Below are positions 27,854-37,275 of a DNA stretch of 64,000 nt, in pieces. The notes below the pieces were generated by a model. It was not told the DNA's origin, searched no databases, and worked only from the letters and a program-made list of their open reading frames with translations. The first letter of the stretch is position 1; every line of letters begins with the position of its first letter. Origin of the DNA: Candidatus Thermosaccharophagus tengchongensis (GTDB lineage: Bacteria; Armatimonadota; Fervidibacteria; Fervidibacterales; Thermosaccharophagaceae); assembly GCA_032161105.1 (NCBI GenBank), contig JAVHTD010000007.1; one strand, given 5' to 3'. Both the position numbers and the translations under genes were made by a program.

Positions 27854-27883
27854 CACCTCTCTCCTCCCAACCAAGAGTTCAAA

Positions 27884-27914
27884 GGTTTTTGACGGGTCTT
27901 GTTTATCAAAAACC
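27884..27914 (-). terminator. Possible terminator after the GH98-like gene
   Basis: GGTTTTTGA...TCAAAAACC inverted repeat immediately after the stop codon, with a short U-run on the minus strand. Confidence 0.45.
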
Positions 27915-27916
27915 GC

Positions 27917-29446
27917 TTACCTCACATGAACCTCTATCAACCTGTAAGTGGCAAGGGGAATCTTCACATTCTCTCCGTCCTTCGCCTTCCCTATCATCTC
28001 CCCCGTTTCTCTGTCGTAAAGGGAATACTCCTTGTAGCCGAGGAAAAGGCGCAAAGAAATTTCCACCTTTGGAGGCTCTTTCTCCACAGAGTTTATCAGC
28101 CATAGAAGGAATTTTCCCCTGCTTACCCTCGTCAACACACCATATGCCTTCCCCACTTTGAGAGGCAAAGGGCTCTTCTCGGCAAGGGATAGGATGAGGC
28201 TTCTGCTCTCGGGATGAGAGTAGGATTTCCCCTCGTAGTATATCTGCGAACCGTCGCTCTCCAAAACATGGCTAAACCTACCCCGAGGGACTGAAGCGTT
28301 TGTGGGAAAGAGGACGAGAATTCCGTAGGGGGTCTCAGGGATCAAGCCATCTTGGTATATCCTCTCGTTATAGAAGTAGCGGGGGATGTAGGATTCGGGT
28401 GTTTCTTTGAGCCAAGGGGCAGATTCAAAAAGCGCTAAGCCTTTCTGATTGAGAAGTTTGATGGCTATGGGGGAGAAGGAAAGGATTTCGTCCCGAGAAG
28501 GTATCCTTATCTTCCCGCTCCTGTAAAGTTCTATGAAGGGCTTTATCCCTTTCTTGTAGATTGGAGCGAGAGACCAAGTTCCCCATTCCCAAATCATCTG
28601 CATGTGTTCAAATTGGATGTAAGTTGCTCCCAAGCTGGCAGCTTGAAGACACATTCGGAAGATCACATCGGGAGGACAAGTTTGTATTGGACCATATCCT
28701 GCATCACGCCACCACCAATCCTGTGCGGAGAAGCCCCACTCCTTCGCTAAGCCTCCCAACCACATCCCAAGGCAGGCGCCTAAGTTGAGAGTTTCAGCCC
28801 TTGGGTCATTTGTCTCGTGAAGGGGAACTATGACATCCGAGTAATCCTTGTTGAAAAGTTTCGCCCATCCATCAGTGTCCACCATGCTAAAGCCCCACCA
28901 ACCCATCCCTTTCGTCCCATCGCGGGAGTGCTCAGCCCAAACCATCTTCCGCTTGTATTCTCTGCAAAGGTTGCGAAAGGAAATTAGGTCGTTGAGGTAA
29001 TTCCATCCGTGACCAGCGTTGAGGGGTTCACTCAGATAAACCCCCTTGCAAGTGCGGGGAGCAATCTTGAAAACTTTCTCACAAGTTGAGAGGGTGATCA
29101 ATGGGGGAGTAGGTCCAGCGATTTGAAGGAAGAAGTTGATACCCCTTTCCTCACACCCCTTGGCTATTTCCACTATCTGCTCAGAAGAGCTCCCACCCTT
29201 TTTGACGCCGGGAGCCCCTTCCTCCTCAAAGGCTAAAAGGAGCGCAGGGTTGGGATCGTCTTTTATCTGACTCCACAATCTTGACAAGTAGTCAATGGTT
29301 GCCTCCTTCCAATCCGCTCTTTTGAGTAACCCCAAGTAGCCGGGAGAGTAGATAGAGTAGATGAGATGGAGTTGAGAACTTGTCAAGCCGTTGAGGGAGA
29401 AAAGGACAAGAAGGATCGGAATGAAGAATGGCACATACCCTCTCAT
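27917..29446 (-). CDS. Secreted putative glycoside hydrolase, GH98-like catalytic domain
   Basis: Signal peptide from ATG 29446; motifs GVYLSE, MVWAEH, LGMWLGGLAKEWG...DWWW, GATYIQFEH, IPSRDEI recall GH98 enzymes. Confidence 0.5.
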   Translation of the reverse strand: MRGYVPFFIPILLVLFSLNGLTSSQLHLIYSIYSPGYLGLLKRADWKEATIDYLSRLWSQIKDDPNPALLLAFEEEGAPGVKKGGSSSEQIVEIAKGCEERGINFFLQIAGPTPPLITLSTCEKVFKIAPRTCKGVYLSEPLNAGHGWNYLNDLISFRNLCREYKRKMVWAEHSRDGTKGMGWWGFSMVDTDGWAKLFNKDYSDVIVPLHETNDPRAETLNLGACLGMWLGGLAKEWGFSAQDWWWRDAGYGPIQTCPPDVIFRMCLQAASLGATYIQFEHMQMIWEWGTWSLAPIYKKGIKPFIELYRSGKIRIPSRDEILSFSPIAIKLLNQKGLALFESAPWLKETPESYIPRYFYNERIYQDGLIPETPYGILVLFPTNASVPRGRFSHVLESDGSQIYYEGKSYSHPESRSLILSLAEKSPLPLKVGKAYGVLTRVSRGKFLLWLINSVEKEPPKVEISLRLFLGYKEYSLYDRETGEMIGKAKDGENVKIPLATYRLIEVHVR

Positions 29447-30177
29447 CTTTTGTCTACACCTCGACAGCGCCAAGTTACTATTGAAATGCTCAACCAAACC
29501 ACCTTCCATCAATGGCAATGGACAGAAAGACACACAATGGCATAAACGCATTCAATAGCATGTGCCGTTGGAGGCGTAGTCGGCATCAGCCGCAGTTCTC
29601 TGTGGGGTTATCCTAAGCTGTGGGGTAGATTGGGCATGCTTGCTTACCACTTCGCCATTGAGGATGTTAGTCAAGCGTCAACTTGACCCACCCAACTTGC
29701 ATGCCTTACCCACACCGCCAGCCTTTGCCTTGAGCCATTATCAAACTCTTTAGCAGCTCGCTGACCATGAGCGAGCTCAGTGATGTTTCTAAACTCCAAG
29801 ATGGCTCAAAAGGCTAACGCCATTGCTCGCCTCTCGCTCTCCTCTCCATCGCACCGTTCGGTTTTCAATGTCCAATCACAGCCGCCTTTTGATTGCACCA
29901 CAAAGTCGCTTGCTGTTAAGCATTGCCTCGCTCAGCAATCCGTTACACAGTATAACGCACCTTGCGGATTTGACTCCACCTGCCATCCTCAACCAAGTTT
30001 GTTCTTTCACTTCCAGAGTGCCATCGCATTGGCACTATGCATTACAACGCCTTCTACATTCAAGGAACTTAGTAACTTGCCACCCGTGCACTATTGGCAC
30101 CACTGCAAAGTGGAAAGCCACCCTATGCCACTACATGAGCGCGATGAGCCAAAATTCTATGCAGCTGCTCAAAGGGG

Positions 30178-30741
30178 GTGAAAGTCGTGGTCACAAGGGA
30201 ACAGGCATGGCAGTGGGTTTGTGAGTGGGTGAGTAATGAACACCTGCGCAAGCATTTGCTTGCCGTTGAGGCTGCAATGCGCCATTATGCGCGCATCTAC
30301 GGTGAGGATGAGGAGATGTGGGGGCTTGCTGGGTTGCTCCACGACATTGACTATGAACGCCATCCTGAGGCAACAGAGCACCCGCGTGTTGGCGCTCAGT
30401 TCTTGCGCCAGAGTGGCGTTCCGGAGGAAGTCGTTGAGGCAATACTTGGACATGCAAATTGGACTGGCGTTGCACGCAACTCACTTATGGCAAAAGCGCT
30501 CTATGCTTGTGATGAGCTTACGGGCTTGCTTGTGGCTACAGCGCTCGTCATGCCGAATAAGAAACTTTCGGAAGTGAGGGTGGATTCTGTGCTGCGCAAA
30601 ATGAAGGACAAGTCGTTTGCGAGGAAGATTGACAGGCAGGCAATCATTGATGGTGCAAATGAGCTTGGCGTGCCACTTGAGGAACATATCGCCAATGTGT
30701 TGACTGCAATGCAAGGCATTGCAGAGCAGCTTGGGCTTTGA
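30178..30741 (+). CDS. HD (HDIG-type) domain phosphohydrolase
   Basis: KHLLAVEAAM, GLLHDIDYE, ILGHA, ACDELTG, KDKSFA. Confidence 0.88.
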   Translation: MKVVVTREQAWQWVCEWVSNEHLRKHLLAVEAAMRHYARIYGEDEEMWGLAGLLHDIDYERHPEATEHPRVGAQFLRQSGVPEEVVEAILGHANWTGVARNSLMAKALYACDELTGLLVATALVMPNKKLSEVRVDSVLRKMKDKSFARKIDRQAIIDGANELGVPLEEHIANVLTAMQGIAEQLGL

Positions 30742-30763
30742 TGGGCAACTGTTGGGGGTGATA

Positions 30764-31648
30764 ATGATGGACAGAAGGAGCTTTCTGATCGGTATGGCTG
30801 CATGCCTCAGTGGGAAGGCTTTGAGCACCATTGAAGGTGGTGAGGAGAAATTGAGCTCGCCAACTCAACTTGTGCCCATCGGGAAAACCGGGATTAAAGC
30901 GACACTCGTTGGCATAGGCACCGGGATGCGCGGTTGGATGCGCCAATCAAACCACACGCGCATGGGGAAAGAAGCGTTTATCAAGTTGATCAGGCACGCA
31001 TACGATAGGGGCATCAGGTTTTTTGATGTGGCAGACCTGTATGGGACGCACACATTCTTGCGCGATGCAATTAAGGGCATACCGAGAGAGAGCATCGTTA
31101 TCCAGTCAAAGATTTGGTTCCGAAGGGAGGGCTTACCGGAGCATGTCACAGATGCTGCGGAGGCGCTTGAGCGTTTTCGGAGGGAGCTTGATACGGATTA
31201 CATTGACATCGTGCTTTTGCATTGCACCACCGATGGCAATTGGCTTGACCAATTGAAGCAGATGCGTGACCAACTCTCGGAAGCGAAGGAGAGGGGCATT
31301 ATCAAAGCGCATGGAACATCCTCACACAGCGTTGATGCGCTTAAGGCATCGCTTGCCTCCAATTGGGTTGATGTGCAACTTGCCCGCATAAACCACATGG
31401 GAAGTCACATGGATGGCAAGCCTGAAGATATAGCCGACCTGTTGCGCAAGATGCGCTCTGCAGGCAAGGGAGTTGTCGGGATGAAGATCTTCGGTGAGGG
31501 CACTTTCAAGACGAAGGAACAACGCTGGGCGAGCCTACATTTCGTGCTGACACAGCGTTGCGTGGACGCATTCATAATCGGCTTTGAGCGCCCGAGCGAA
31601 ATTGATGAGACGCTCAAAATGGTTGAGGAGATACTTTCCTCAATCTGA
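30764..31648 (+). CDS. Aldo/keto reductase with Tat signal
   Basis: MDRRSFL leader; IGKTGI, FDVADLYGTH, DYIDIVLLHC, GMKIFGEG. Confidence 0.88.
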   Translation: MMDRRSFLIGMAACLSGKALSTIEGGEEKLSSPTQLVPIGKTGIKATLVGIGTGMRGWMRQSNHTRMGKEAFIKLIRHAYDRGIRFFDVADLYGTHTFLRDAIKGIPRESIVIQSKIWFRREGLPEHVTDAAEALERFRRELDTDYIDIVLLHCTTDGNWLDQLKQMRDQLSEAKERGIIKAHGTSSHSVDALKASLASNWVDVQLARINHMGSHMDGKPEDIADLLRKMRSAGKGVVGMKIFGEGTFKTKEQRWASLHFVLTQRCVDAFIIGFERPSEIDETLKMVEEILSSI

Positions 31649-31723
31649 TGGCGCAACAAAGCTAAAGTGACTTCAAAGATATGAGACCGACGGGCGAGAT
31701 GAGAAGGTGGGTGGTGATTCGGT

Positions 31724-34700
31724 ATGGCTTTTGGACGCGATCACAATGGCTTAATGTTTTGGTGCATGCTTGTGGTGGCGCTTATGGTTTTCTCATCAAA
31801 TGTGGATTGCTCAAACTCGGACAGCAATGTAAGCGGTAAGCTTTGGCGGGTTGACCTGAGTGGCGAGTGGAAATTCAAAGCCGGCGATGATGAGCGATAT
31901 GCATTGCCGCAGTTTGATGACTCAAAGTGGGAGACACTACACGCACCGGCTTTGTGGGATGGTCAAGGTTACGCCGACTATGATGGCTATGGATGGTATC
32001 GCAAATGGTTCTTCGTCCCGAAAGAGCTGAAGGGGCGCGAATTGCTCTTTGAACACGGTGGCGTGGATGATGACGATTGGGTTTACATCAATGGCGTGAA
32101 GGTTGGAGAGGGGAAGGGATGCTACATCCCGCGCAGCTACATCATCCCGGCAAGGCTCATAAACTACGGTGGGCAAAACTTGATTGCGATCCGAATTTAT
32201 GATGGCGCTATGGGCGGTGGATTAGCCAGAGGACCGTTAGGGGTGAGGGTGGTGAAGTTGAGTGACCGCATGGCAGTGGAAGGCGTGCGCATAGCCGGCA
32301 AGGTGGGCAGCAAAACGATGACATTGACCATGTGGTTGGTGTGCAAGGATGGAAGGCAACATAAGCCGAAGTTGAGCGTAAGCGTAATTGACCACTTCCT
32401 GAGGAAGCGCTTCCATCATTCGCTTGAGAGCTTCGTCCAGCCGGGAGAACGGAAGGAATTGTCGTTTCGCTTTGATGGTGGCGATAGCAAGGACTACCGA
32501 GTGCAAGTTGAAATGGCGGAGGGCAATGAGCGAGATGAGTGTTTCTTTCACATCTTGAGCGACATGACCGTTGGCATGCGCCCGACAATAGTCCTTTCCG
32601 GGGATTGGGAGATGACGCTCCCATCGGATGATAAGCTCCTTTTCCCGCCATCTGGCAAATGGCAACCCATTAAAGTCCCAATGCTTAGCTGGGGCGGTTG
32701 GAGCGGGAAAAACCACAGGGCATGGTTTAGGAGGACATTTGAGCTTCCGAGTGAGTTTTCAAACAAGCGCATCATTTTGCGCTTTGAGGCTGTAGCGCAT
32801 CATGCTGTGGTCTATGTGAACGGCAAGATGGTTGGTGAGCATTTGGGCGGCTTTGAACCATTTGAGTTTGACATAACTGAGGTTGCCCGCCCGGGCGCGG
32901 AGAATGAATTGCTCGTTGGCGTGACTGATTGGATTGCCGGGTTGGTTGAGGGCATCGTGCCGCCGGATGACCCCGAAAAGATGCCCAAGGATTCAATGTT
33001 AATACCATACGGCAGTCGCCCGCATGCAAGGCGTGGCATATGGGACGATGTGTTCGTGTATGCCAGAGATGCCCTGCACATTGCCGATGGGTTTATCATC
33101 ACATCCGTGCGCAATAGGGCTTTGACGGTCAAAGTTAGGTTGCGTAACGACACGGACAACGCCACAACGGTTGAGCTGATTGGCGATGTATACGATGGCG
33201 ATATCAGAATGCTCTCGCTGCCAAGAAGATTGGTAACAGTTCCGGGGCACGGCAGCGTTGAGGTTGAATGCAGTTTGCCTGTGCCGCTTGAGGTTGATAG
33301 TGCTGGTAAGAGTGCGAGCAAAGCTTTCAAGTTATGGTTTCCACACGAGCCATATCTTTATCGCATGGCACTTCAGCTGTTCAAGGACGGGCGAAGGATT
33401 GATGAGCTTAACCTGCGCTTCGGCTTCCGAGAGGTTTGGATTGACGGAATCAATTACCGTCTCAATGGGCGCGTGTTCAAGCTGCGCGGTTTAGGTTGCC
33501 CTCCGATTGCTGCAACGCGTGAGGAGATACGGCGATATTATCTTGAGCGTTTGAAAGCCAACTTCACGCTCGTTCGCTTTCATATGCAACCGCGCCAAAG
33601 GCACTTCTATGAGATAGCTGACGAGGTTGGCATGTGCGTCAAGGACGAATCGGCATTTTACTGCGCTGCAAATGTTTATGCCCTTGGCGATGAGCGCCTT
33701 TGGCGAAATTTAAGGGAGCACATAACTGGTATGGTGATGCGCTCCCGCAATCACCCATCATTGCTGATTTGGAGCGTTGAAAATGAGATACTTCACTGTG
33801 GTGGTATGCGAGTTAAGGGCACAGATGAGCGCATCTACGAACTCGGCAAACTCATAATGGAGCTTGACCCGACGAGACCAATTGAATTTGAGGGTGATGG
33901 CGATGTAAATGGGCGTGCGCTAACGATTAACATTCACTATCCGAGGGAGTTCGGTTGCCACGATCACAACCTTTTCCCGAACGATGCCTACTGGCTCGGC
34001 AAAGAGGGAAATGACAGGTGGCCGCGTGAGCTCATCTGGAAGCGCGACAAACCGCTAATCATTGGCGAGTTCTGCTATTATCCATACAGCCGTCCGCCGG
34101 GCGGCGTTTCCATCTTCCTTGGAGATGCGGTGTATGAGAGCCGAGAAGCCGAAAGGGAGGCGCATAGGATTGGCGTCAGGATGCTGTGCGATGGCACAAG
34201 GCGTTCGGGCGTTGCAGGGCTTAATCCTTGGGTGGATGATTTGCGCTATAGCATTGAATGCCTCAAGCCGATTGCAGCCACACTTGACCGATACGACAGG
34301 ACATTCCTCTCGGGCGAGATCGTAGAACGGGACATCGCTGTCCATAACGATACCTTGCACAGGCGCAAACTCATTCTGACTGCTTCAGTCAGAGTCGGCA
34401 ATGCCACAGTGGCGCGGCGGACATTCAACTTGGATATGGATGCGGGCGAGATGCGCCTCGTCAAGTTTTCGTGGCGAATGCCGAATGTGAATGCGCGAAC
34501 CGCTGCATCGCTGAGGCTGACCATACAGGATGGAGCGCAGGTTGCATTTGATGAGGAGCACAAACTCTGGGTCTTTCCGAGAGCACGGTTGCAAGCTATT
34601 AATGGCTTGCGAGTCGCCCTGTTTGACCCAGTTGGCGAGACAGCCAGAGCTCTCACCGAGGTTGGCTTGCGCCCTAAAGTGCTGAGCAGCTTGGATGGCG

Positions 34701-35833
34701 ACATGCGCCAGCTGTTTGACTTGCTCCTCATCGGTAAAGGCGCGGCTGAAACAAGCACATTCAAACTCGGTGTAAATGCCCTGCTCAAGTTCGTCCACGA
34801 CGGCGGGATCGCGTTTTTCTTTGAACAGACATCGCAACCTGCGTGGCTGCCGATACAATTGCGCTTGGACGAACGCAGAGCTGCCACTATGGCTTACATC
34901 AGATGTGCATCACATCCGCTGCTTAAGGGGATGCATCCGGATGACTTTAAGTGGTGGCGTGGCGACCACATCGTTGCGCGCTCATTGTTTGTAAAGCCAT
35001 CACAAGGTGCGTTCCGAATATTGGTTGAGTGTGGCGGTAGGGGTGGTTTGCGTTGGACGCCGCTTGTTGAATTGCTGCACGGAAATGGTGTGCTGGTAAT
35101 GTGCCAACTTGATGTGACTGCAAAGATCCGGGTTGAGCCAGTGGCTCAAAATCTAATCTCCAACTTGCTCTCATATGCTGCTTCATTTAAGCCGCTCCGA
35201 AAGAGGCGCATCGGTGTTATCTCGGTGCAAGGTTCACCGATGCTGAGGGTGATGAAGGAAGTCGGCATCGCGTTTGATGATTTGACGCAGCACCTTGGCA
35301 CTACCAAATTTGATGCCTATGAAGTGCTCGTGATTGATGGCGGTGCGCTTGAGCTGTGCAAGGGGCGGTTGGATGAGTTGCGCTCTTTCATCAGCCGTGG
35401 CGGCATCGTCTGGATACGCCAACCGCAATCGGTTGAGTTACTACGCCAAGTAGCTCCGCATATTGTCGGATTGAGGAAGCAGAAGCTCAATGGGAGAGTT
35501 GTGAAGGTGGGCGATGACGAGCTGCTTTCCAGCATCAGCAACTCAGACCTGTTTTGGTATCGTGAGGATTGCTGGTATGCTGATTGGGAGGGGCGCGGCA
35601 GCGGATTAATCGGCGATCCAGCTGACAGCGTCATTGAGCTTACAGGTGGTGATGAAGCGAAGGCACTCACGCAACCGTGTGCATTGGCTAAGGTGCAGAT
35701 TGGGAATGGCATCCTGCTCATTGACACTTTGAACCTCACAGATCCGCCAAGCGATGTCCGAGATAAAGCCACGCGCATATTCTCAGTGCTGCTGACAAAC
35801 TTGTGCACTTATCCGGCTGTGCAAGGGCGTTAA
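31724..35833 (+). CDS. Large secreted GH2 family glycoside hydrolase (1369 aa)
   Basis: Signal peptide; two DLSG-W sugar-binding domains; FGFREVWIDG; RNHPSLLIWSVENE (acid/base) and PLIIGEF (nucleophile). Confidence 0.88.
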   Translation: MAFGRDHNGLMFWCMLVVALMVFSSNVDCSNSDSNVSGKLWRVDLSGEWKFKAGDDERYALPQFDDSKWETLHAPALWDGQGYADYDGYGWYRKWFFVPKELKGRELLFEHGGVDDDDWVYINGVKVGEGKGCYIPRSYIIPARLINYGGQNLIAIRIYDGAMGGGLARGPLGVRVVKLSDRMAVEGVRIAGKVGSKTMTLTMWLVCKDGRQHKPKLSVSVIDHFLRKRFHHSLESFVQPGERKELSFRFDGGDSKDYRVQVEMAEGNERDECFFHILSDMTVGMRPTIVLSGDWEMTLPSDDKLLFPPSGKWQPIKVPMLSWGGWSGKNHRAWFRRTFELPSEFSNKRIILRFEAVAHHAVVYVNGKMVGEHLGGFEPFEFDITEVARPGAENELLVGVTDWIAGLVEGIVPPDDPEKMPKDSMLIPYGSRPHARRGIWDDVFVYARDALHIADGFIITSVRNRALTVKVRLRNDTDNATTVELIGDVYDGDIRMLSLPRRLVTVPGHGSVEVECSLPVPLEVDSAGKSASKAFKLWFPHEPYLYRMALQLFKDGRRIDELNLRFGFREVWIDGINYRLNGRVFKLRGLGCPPIAATREEIRRYYLERLKANFTLVRFHMQPRQRHFYEIADEVGMCVKDESAFYCAANVYALGDERLWRNLREHITGMVMRSRNHPSLLIWSVENEILHCGGMRVKGTDERIYELGKLIMELDPTRPIEFEGDGDVNGRALTINIHYPREFGCHDHNLFPNDAYWLGKEGNDRWPRELIWKRDKPLIIGEFCYYPYSRPPGGVSIFLGDAVYESREAEREAHRIGVRMLCDGTRRSGVAGLNPWVDDLRYSIECLKPIAATLDRYDRTFLSGEIVERDIAVHNDTLHRRKLILTASVRVGNATVARRTFNLDMDAGEMRLVKFSWRMPNVNARTAASLRLTIQDGAQVAFDEEHKLWVFPRARLQAINGLRVALFDPVGETARALTEVGLRPKVLSSLDGDMRQLFDLLLIGKGAAETSTFKLGVNALLKFVHDGGIAFFFEQTSQPAWLPIQLRLDERRAATMAYIRCASHPLLKGMHPDDFKWWRGDHIVARSLFVKPSQGAFRILVECGGRGGLRWTPLVELLHGNGVLVMCQLDVTAKIRVEPVAQNLISNLLSYAASFKPLRKRRIGVISVQGSPMLRVMKEVGIAFDDLTQHLGTTKFDAYEVLVIDGGALELCKGRLDELRSFISRGGIVWIRQPQSVELLRQVAPHIVGLRKQKLNGRVVKVGDDELLSSISNSDLFWYREDCWYADWEGRGSGLIGDPADSVIELTGGDEAKALTQPCALAKVQIGNGILLIDTLNLTDPPSDVRDKATRIFSVLLTNLCTYPAVQGR

Positions 35834-35858
35834 GTATCCGTTTGGTAGGTGATGGAGC

Positions 35859-37178
35859 GTGGACGATTATAAGACGGTCAAGAGCTTTTCGGCGCAATCT
35901 CGGCGTGATTTCATCAAGTCATCCGTGGCTGCGCCGGCTATTGTGCTTGGGGTTTTGAATGTAAGCAGCGCTGGCGTGTATGTTGCCGGGAGCGATGTCA
36001 TACGCGTTGGTGTCATAGGCTGTGGTGGGAGGGGAGCGGGTGCTGCCGTTGATGCCATGGCTGCAGATAGTGGCGTGCGCATAGTTGCGCTTGCTGACCT
36101 GTTTGAGAGCCGAGTGCGAGAGAAGATGCAGCTTCTGAAGGAGCGCAATCCAAAGCAAGTGCTCGTTGATAACGACCATTGTTTTGTTGGCTTTGATGCA
36201 TATAAGCATGTGATTGAGTGCAGCGATGTTGTCCTAATTGCGTGCGCTTCAAAGTTTCACCCATTTTATGTGCACTCTGCTGTTGAAGCCGGTAAGCATG
36301 TCTTTGTTGAAAAGCCGCCGGCAATAGACCCAGCTGGTGTGAAGCTGCTTTCGGAGGCTTGTGAATTAGCCAAGAAGAGGGGGCTCTGCGTCGTTTCCGG
36401 GTTGCAGAGCCGATACCATCATGGATATCGTGAAGCCATACAGCGTGTGCATGATGGCGCAATCGGCGATATCGTTGCGATTGAGGAGAATTTCCTCCGC
36501 GCACCATACGGTGTTGTGCACCGCCAGCCATGGATGAACGAGCTGCAATTCCAGTTGATGAATTGGTATCACTTCAGTTGGCTATCGGGTGACGATGTTG
36601 TCCAATCGCTCATTCACAACCTTGATAGAGCAACATGGGCATTGAGAGAGCAAGCACCTGTTAGGGCGCATGGCATGGGAGGGCGTTCAGCATGGTTTGA
36701 AGAGGCTGCTGGAAATGTGTTTGACCATCATTCAGTCGTTTATGAATATGCAAACGGTGTGCGAGTGTATGCCTTCTGCAGGACGCAGGTTGGATGTTAC
36801 AACGAGGTCTCAAGCAAGATCTTTGGCACGAAGGGCGTGTGCTATCTGACGGATATGCGCATTGATGGCGAGACGAAATGGCGTTACGAAGGTCCGCCGT
36901 GCAATCCATACCTTGAAGAGCACAAAGCGCTGTTTAGCGCCATACGCTCTGGGAAACCCATTGTCAACGATTACATGGTCCGTTCAACGCTCGTTTCAAT
37001 CATGGGTCAGATTGCATGTTACACTGGGCAACGCATCTCGTGGGAACAGGTTGAGAAGTCAAACTTCCACTATCCACCCAAGCCCGAGGAGTGCAGTTTT
37101 GACATGGAGCCGCCCGTGAAGCCGGGTCGTGATGGGCTTTATCCCGTCCCAATACCGGGTGTTACGAAGCTCATTTGA
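35859..37178 (+). CDS. Gfo/Idh/MocA family oxidoreductase with Tat signal
   Basis: SRRDFIK leader; IGCGGRGAGA, HVFVEKP, NWYHFSWLSGD...HNLD. Confidence 0.9.
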   Translation: MDDYKTVKSFSAQSRRDFIKSSVAAPAIVLGVLNVSSAGVYVAGSDVIRVGVIGCGGRGAGAAVDAMAADSGVRIVALADLFESRVREKMQLLKERNPKQVLVDNDHCFVGFDAYKHVIECSDVVLIACASKFHPFYVHSAVEAGKHVFVEKPPAIDPAGVKLLSEACELAKKRGLCVVSGLQSRYHHGYREAIQRVHDGAIGDIVAIEENFLRAPYGVVHRQPWMNELQFQLMNWYHFSWLSGDDVVQSLIHNLDRATWALREQAPVRAHGMGGRSAWFEEAAGNVFDHHSVVYEYANGVRVYAFCRTQVGCYNEVSSKIFGTKGVCYLTDMRIDGETKWRYEGPPCNPYLEEHKALFSAIRSGKPIVNDYMVRSTLVSIMGQIACYTGQRISWEQVEKSNFHYPPKPEECSFDMEPPVKPGRDGLYPVPIPGVTKLI

Positions 37179-37275
37179 GCGCTACGGATTTCCGAGCTAA
37201 AATAAAAATTTGTGGGATTGCCCGTGCCAAGTGAGTATATTTAACCTGGCTTGCAGCGCGGGGGTGAACGCGTTT

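Noticed and set aside
29780..30224. Two overlapping 133-aa ORFs upstream of the HD gene
   Set aside because: Ser/His/Cys-rich composition unlike real proteins, no SD and no motifs.
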